Source of the DNA: Bigelowiella natans CCMP2755
Lineage: Eukaryota > Protista > Cercozoa
Reading direction: 5' to 3'
DNA length: 64,000 nucleotides
Assembly (NCBI GenBank): GCA_000320545.1
Contig: ADNK01000179.1
Span: forward strand, 1-64,000
The notes beneath the pieces are model-generated. The model had not been told where the DNA came from, did no database searches, and worked only from the letters and a program-made list of their open reading frames with translations. How positions within the stretch are numbered: position 1 is the first letter of the stretch; each line of letters opens with the position of its first letter. The translations under genes and the position numbers were made by a program. Positions 58,697-64,000 of the stretch are shown here, piece after piece.

Positions 58697-59735
58697 ATGG
58701 AGATCGATTCATCAACACCGTCCTCCTCCAACGGCAACAAAGATGCGTCTTCTTCTGTCTCTTCCCGAAAACGGCGTTTCGATGAAACTGATGAAAACGT
58801 GGAGAAGAAATTCGTTGCAGGGTCGAATGGGGAGCAGCGTCGGAAGGCCGTGTGCAAGTTCTGGCACAAGAAAAAGAAGTATTTGATTCTTCAATCTGCA
58901 CAAACCCGACATCATCTAAACCTTATCACCAATATTCATGAATCAGATTTGGCTTTGTAGTCCTCCAGGACACAGAAGAGGAAGTTTATGTTCACAAAAC
59001 GCAGGTAAATCAATTTCAATAGTCGGTACATCCCCGTTAAATGCGGGTTCTTTCTTTAGATCAAGACGTTTCCACTTATGCTAAACGAAGGCGATTCCTG
59101 TGTCATTTCTGCAATCCGGAATGACAAAGGAAAGCTTGCTGCGGTCGACGTTCATGTGGTGAGCTCTCCCCGCATATGCTTCCGTGAGGAATGCGTACTC
59201 CTTGCTCATGCCCTCCTCTCCCCCCTCCCCCCCTTTCTAAAAGGACGGCTGTGAACTAGCGAATGCCGAAGCGGGGAAACTGAGAGCACTGAAGAAAATA
59301 GCGGAGATGAAACAAGACAAGCCTCCTGTATTCTCATTCAAGTTCAGTTCGGAATCAACTTTGGTGCGTGATTATCCAACAGCAGCATACTACTCTAGGA
59401 AACTTCGTGATCGGATCACCTGTCTTTTAGCCCTCCTTCTCCTCATCCGCATCATCATCAGCATGATCTCCTCGTCATCATCGTTATAACCGATATTTTA
59501 TGTGTAGGACTCGAAAGAAAAGATTGCAAAAGCGGTGTCAGACTACGAGATGAAAATCACGCCCTGGATGCTCTCCTGGCTTAAAAAAAATCAAGTGCCA
59601 AGGGAGGTCAAGAGAGTATGCCAGTTGTTGCAGCGCGAACTGGTTGAAAATTTCATTAAAAAGAATATTATATGCACGTACCAAACACGGCCATTATACA
59701 AAGTTATCTAAATTTATACATGTGTGTGAGTGTGT

Positions 59736-59775
<40 letters not shown>

Positions 59776-61180
59776 GTGTTTGTCTGTATCTGTGTATTAT
59801 CGTGAAATCTAGCGGCTTATTGTTCTCTTTTTTCCAGGAAAGAGCTGCCCAAGACACTGCCGTAGACTCTGAAGAAGTAAATGCCCAAACACCACAAGCA
59901 TGTTTTTCCATTCGATTCATGCAGGCACTGTGGGACAACAACACTTGATTGAATTAACGGCGTCATAGATTTACACCACCGTTTCATCCTGGCCGCTGTT
60001 CCTATCATCAAGCAGCAGCAGCAATTACAATACATCGCTCATCTTTCTCTCTCCTCTCCCCCTCCCCTCTCTTCTCTCTGCTCTCGCTCTCCTCAGTTCT
60101 TGGGCATCGTATCCAGTATGGGCGACATCGTGTCGGACCAGCTTATGAAGAGGAAGCAGGCTCGGTTGGCGGTGTCCGACAGCCTCAAGAACAAGCACCG
60201 CCGCCTCGAGAAGCAGGTGGCAAAGGCATCAGAAGCGCAGCAGGCGGCGGGGGGAGAATCGTCGGCTACTTCGGAAAACAAGGGCAATGCAACCTCAGCA
60301 GCGCAGGTAGCAATAACAGTTGTTTGAAATGGAAAGGGGAGAAGGAGGCGGGGAGATAGAGGCCACGTAGCGAGGCGGGATGAAGTGTAAAAGGCGTGTC
60401 ATTTCGTCGTTGTTCACCTACTTTTTGTGTTTGTGTGTGCGTGCGTGTGGTGTTTACGCTTCTCAGACGGGCTCTGCAGGAGCGACAGACCAAAAAATGA
60501 CACGACTGCAAGGGTTAGTTGACAGCAGCAGCAGCAGCAGCAGCTAACATCATTGAGAGGGAGAGATTAACCCTTATTCGTGCGAGTCAGCACCGCTAAA
60601 GAGCTTGCGAGATATCGCCTCACGTGTTCGTTGTTTTGCGGCAAGGGAAGGGCTGCTTCGTTAAGCGGATCGATGATTATCTCTTCTCTCCTCCTCCTCC
60701 TCCTCCATGTGTGTGTGTGTGTGTGTGTGTATGTTTGGTTACTGCGGTGACGATAGGCTGAAGGGCCAAGGACCTGTGGAAGCTTTGAAAGCAATAATCA
60801 AAGAGGTGTGGTAGTGGTAGTAGTGGTGGTGCGATTGTTGTAGAGGTGGTAGCAACATGGAGAGGATGGATGCAAAGACGATTGACTTCCGTTTGCTGAG
60901 GCCATTCTATCTTCTTCTCGATGCTCAGTTCGGACCGCTCTCCAAGAAGCATCTCAGTGCGATCTACCAGAAAGTCACCGGTGAGATGATGCAAAAGCGT
61001 TCGTTCATTCTCTTCGCATATCGTACCCAGAGAGCACAGCTCTTTCCTACCTGGGGTTGCCTGGGTTGCTGCTGATGTTTATGTTCTCTCCTGCATTTGG
61101 CCCGCGCCGCGCTTTGTATTATTAGGAGCCGGGTTCAAAGCCACACACGGAGTTCCGGTAACTCACATTCTGCGTGAGGT
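58697..61180 (+). CDS. Cold-shock-domain (OB-fold) nucleic-acid-binding protein, multi-exon; 3' exons approximate
   Basis: Exons 58697-58878, 58947-59004 and 59060-59158 splice to AVCKFWHKKKKFGFVVLQDTEEEVYVHKTQIKTFPLMLNEGDSCVISAIRNDKGKLAAVDVHV, which has RNP1-like (FGFV) and RNP2-like (VYVH) CSD motifs. Confidence 0.75.
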
Positions 61181-61564
61181 AATATATCATCATTTACTGA
61201 TTGCGGGATCTATCACGAAAATCGATGATCGCAGATACGTTCACTACATCACACGACGTTACAGCGATGTTTCTCCTCAGCGATGAAATTTCGTGTTTTG
61301 GGTACCTGGAAAGCACGTTATAATAGGTGTCGTGCTCCATCAATACCTTGTCAAAATTGACATATTTGCCGTTTACAACTGTTTCTTAGAACAACACGAC
61401 GTTCAAGCTAAGCCGTGATAAGGAATGGTCTGTTTCGAGTTAGAATATATGAGCTTCTTGCGACGTTTGTCGCAGATGTAAATTCCCAAATCATGCAACA
61501 TTGTGACTTGTTACACGACATCCTTCATGTTGCTCCCTGTTCGCTGCAAAGCGCACCAACTAGA

Positions 61565-61575
61565 TTAGGGTTAGG
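61565..61575 (+). repeat. Short interstitial telomere-like TTAGGGTTAGG within a degenerate intergenic repeat zone
   Basis: Direct read; under two full units. Confidence 0.3.
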
Positions 61576-62040
61576 TGTTAGTTTTTGGTCATCTGGTAAT
61601 GGGCTCAATTTCGCATGCTAGAATGTCCAGACATAGCTAGGTAGTAGTAGGATTTCTTAATCTCACTTGATGCGTGCATGTTATTTGCTCGAGCAGCAGC
61701 ATAACAATGAGCACCCATTCTGCAACCACTCGTCGCAACATTACCAAGTCTGTGATGTGATGCAGCGGTGCTCGATAGTGTCGCTCGTATGTCTATAGAC
61801 GCTACTCATTGCCAAGAAAATTAACTAAGAGACTGCATGCCTGCTATGATAGACGCTTAGATTACAAGGGCTCATGGGTAGCATTTATAAACCGTGTACG
61901 TATACGGAGATGTGGTTACTTTACCGTGCTAGCACACACGCGAACAACGCTGCATACAAAATGGAATGTAATTGAGGCTGACGAGGGCGTGCGATGCAAC
62001 ATCATGCTTCTCTATGCCTCAGCATTGCTTAATTTTTGTC

Positions 62041-64000
62041 TTAAGCTACAGTCTCCGAGCTCTCTGGAATCTGCTTGGATGGTTCGTAGCCATTCTTCAA
62101 GTTCTCAGATCCACTTAGCACTTTGATGTACCTGCAATAGTAGAATGTTAATATGTGGGGTCGCATGTGTAAGTCGGTTCATGCTCATAGGGAAAGAAGA
62201 GAGCATCAGGAATTGAGCGGTATTTTACTCGATCGTATCGCCCTGCTTCATCTCCTTAAGGAGCTCCTTTCCTTCCGTGATGTATCCGAAGACGGAGTAC
62301 CTGGTGATGATGATGGAATGTGTGTGAATCATGTTTCGGACCGAGACTCTTCGTCAATGTATTTGCTGTATTTACTGATGACACGCACGACGTGTGACCA
62401 AAAACCACCGAAGATCACACATCACCTTCCATCGAGCACGTTCGTGCCAGAGGGGGTAAGCTCCGACTCTTTGAGGAGGAAGAAAAACTGCGACGAGGCG
62501 CTGTTCTCCTCGAATTCAGAGCGAGCCATGGCTAGAGTACCGAATGCGTTGAAAGGGAGCATCTGCACAAAAATTGATATTGCGGTAGATTTTAAGGCAA
62601 AAGGTTTGTCAGCGAGTACGTGTGCGCGTTATGTATATTTGTTCTTCTATCATCACCACCACCATCATCATTATCATCATCGTCATCATTATCATCGTAC
62701 TGGAAGCTCCTTGACGCGCCCCATATCATCCATGGTTGACCCGTAAAGTGGTGTCTTATCTCCTGCGAGAAATTTGATTTGGGCATCAACATAAGGCAAT
62801 ATATTGATACGAAAACTTCGAGAGGACGCCCTTCATTAATTATTCCTCATCGGTGGTAGTGCGTATATCTCCTTTGGAATACTACTCCCATGCTCCCCCC
62901 GCTCTCTCCCTCCCTTTTCCATGCTGACAGCTGACACACCTTGCACCATAATCTCGAGCGGAACGGTCCTTATCTCGTTGGTGGACGGGTCGATAAATCT
63001 TTCCAGGCAACAAGATAGTAAAACAACAACAACAACAACAACAACGGCAAAAAGGATAATAAGGGAAGAGGAGGGTCAGAACGCCGAAGAATAGATGCTG
63101 ATATCTTTCACTGAACAGAGAGATGATCTAAATACCCTGTTTTCTTCTGTCCTGGGTCCCCAGATTGGACGACAAATCCGTCAGCGCGCTAGAAGAGTAT
63201 TTAGCAAAATTGAATGATAATGTATTGCACGACATACACAGGAAAGGCGAAGGGAAAAGGGTGAAGGGAGGGGGCTGAGACAGGAGAAGGCCAAAAACGG
63301 CGCTCATCAGAAAACAGCAATATGAACATACGACTTCAGAGAAAAGTAGCGTGTAGCCTTTTGTGCTGCCCGTACTCTCCTTCTCCGCCTCTACTACTAC
63401 TCCTCCCTCCCCCCCTCGCCGCATATTCCCATGGATACCATGAAACGTCGCAGATCTACTATTCCCTCCTCCTCCCCATTCTTCTTCTTCTCCTTCTCAT
63501 GGTAATGCTCCTAATCTCTCATCTACTCACAATCTACATTTCCCTTAATAACTACCTGGATGGCCATCCCGTCGTAGAACTTGCGCTGAATAAGGTCGAC
63601 GAAGTTGCCTAGGGAGGTTATGATGGAGAAGTAAAGAAGGCGGCCTCCAAGGAAAGAAGGACAACGCTTGTGCATAATATATCGCTCCAACCCTTACTCT
63701 CTGTCCCTCTAACTGCATGCCAAACTGTACATGTGCATGCGTGTACGTGCGTGTAATATATGATGTAGCGTAGTTTTAGAATGAATCGCACGCATGCTTA
63801 GTGTGTGGCGCTTGCACGACATATCAGATCCTCAGTCTCGATAAATGGCGGAGTTGTGACACGTACATACCGCAAGTGACAGGGGCGTTGAAGCCGTCGA
63901 GCACGATCTTCATGACCCCGCCAGTAGAGGTAGTGCTGGATTTGCACGTAACCTTCATCTCGAGGCTAGCTCGGCCCATCAGCAGCGGCTTCGACGTGTA
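62041..64000 (-). CDS. CYP38: Thylakoid-lumen cyclophilin CYP38/TLP40 (PPIase family), 3' part; continues beyond the window
   Basis: Spliced exons give [151 protein letters not shown]; stop at 62041-62043. Confidence 0.93.

Overview
Eukaryotic nuclear DNA with GT-AG spliceosomal introns, many microsatellites, and a plastid thylakoid cyclophilin gene (CYP38/TLP40 type). The host is therefore a photosynthetic protist; a chlorarachniophyte-like alga is my inference, not proven. The centre holds one giant minus-strand gene (47289->18045, 11 exons, about 9,350 aa). Its order is signal peptide, reelin-like subrepeat, LamG, second reelin-like subrepeat, about 60 IPT/TIG repeats, Cys-rich GCC2/GCC3-type repeats interrupted by a bacterial-type ELWxxDGT propeller, about 11 TM helices and a cytoplasmic tail. 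A single exon spans about 24.7 kb and contains one extra base that splits it into the two large ORFs of the track. Nuclear NDUFS1/nad11 lies head-to-head with it. The flanks hold SSR-rich, intron-dense hypothetical genes, a cold-shock-domain gene and LINE remnants. The strongest unexplained signal is local TpA erasure: 9611-11455 has only four TpA dinucleotides by manual count, all in CTAG. A LINE remnant shows TA->CA/TG changes relative to its other copies, plus a Tyr->His change at a conserved site. This points to a repeat-directed, double-strand A->G hypermutation process (target TA not followed by G), the mirror image of fungal RIP.
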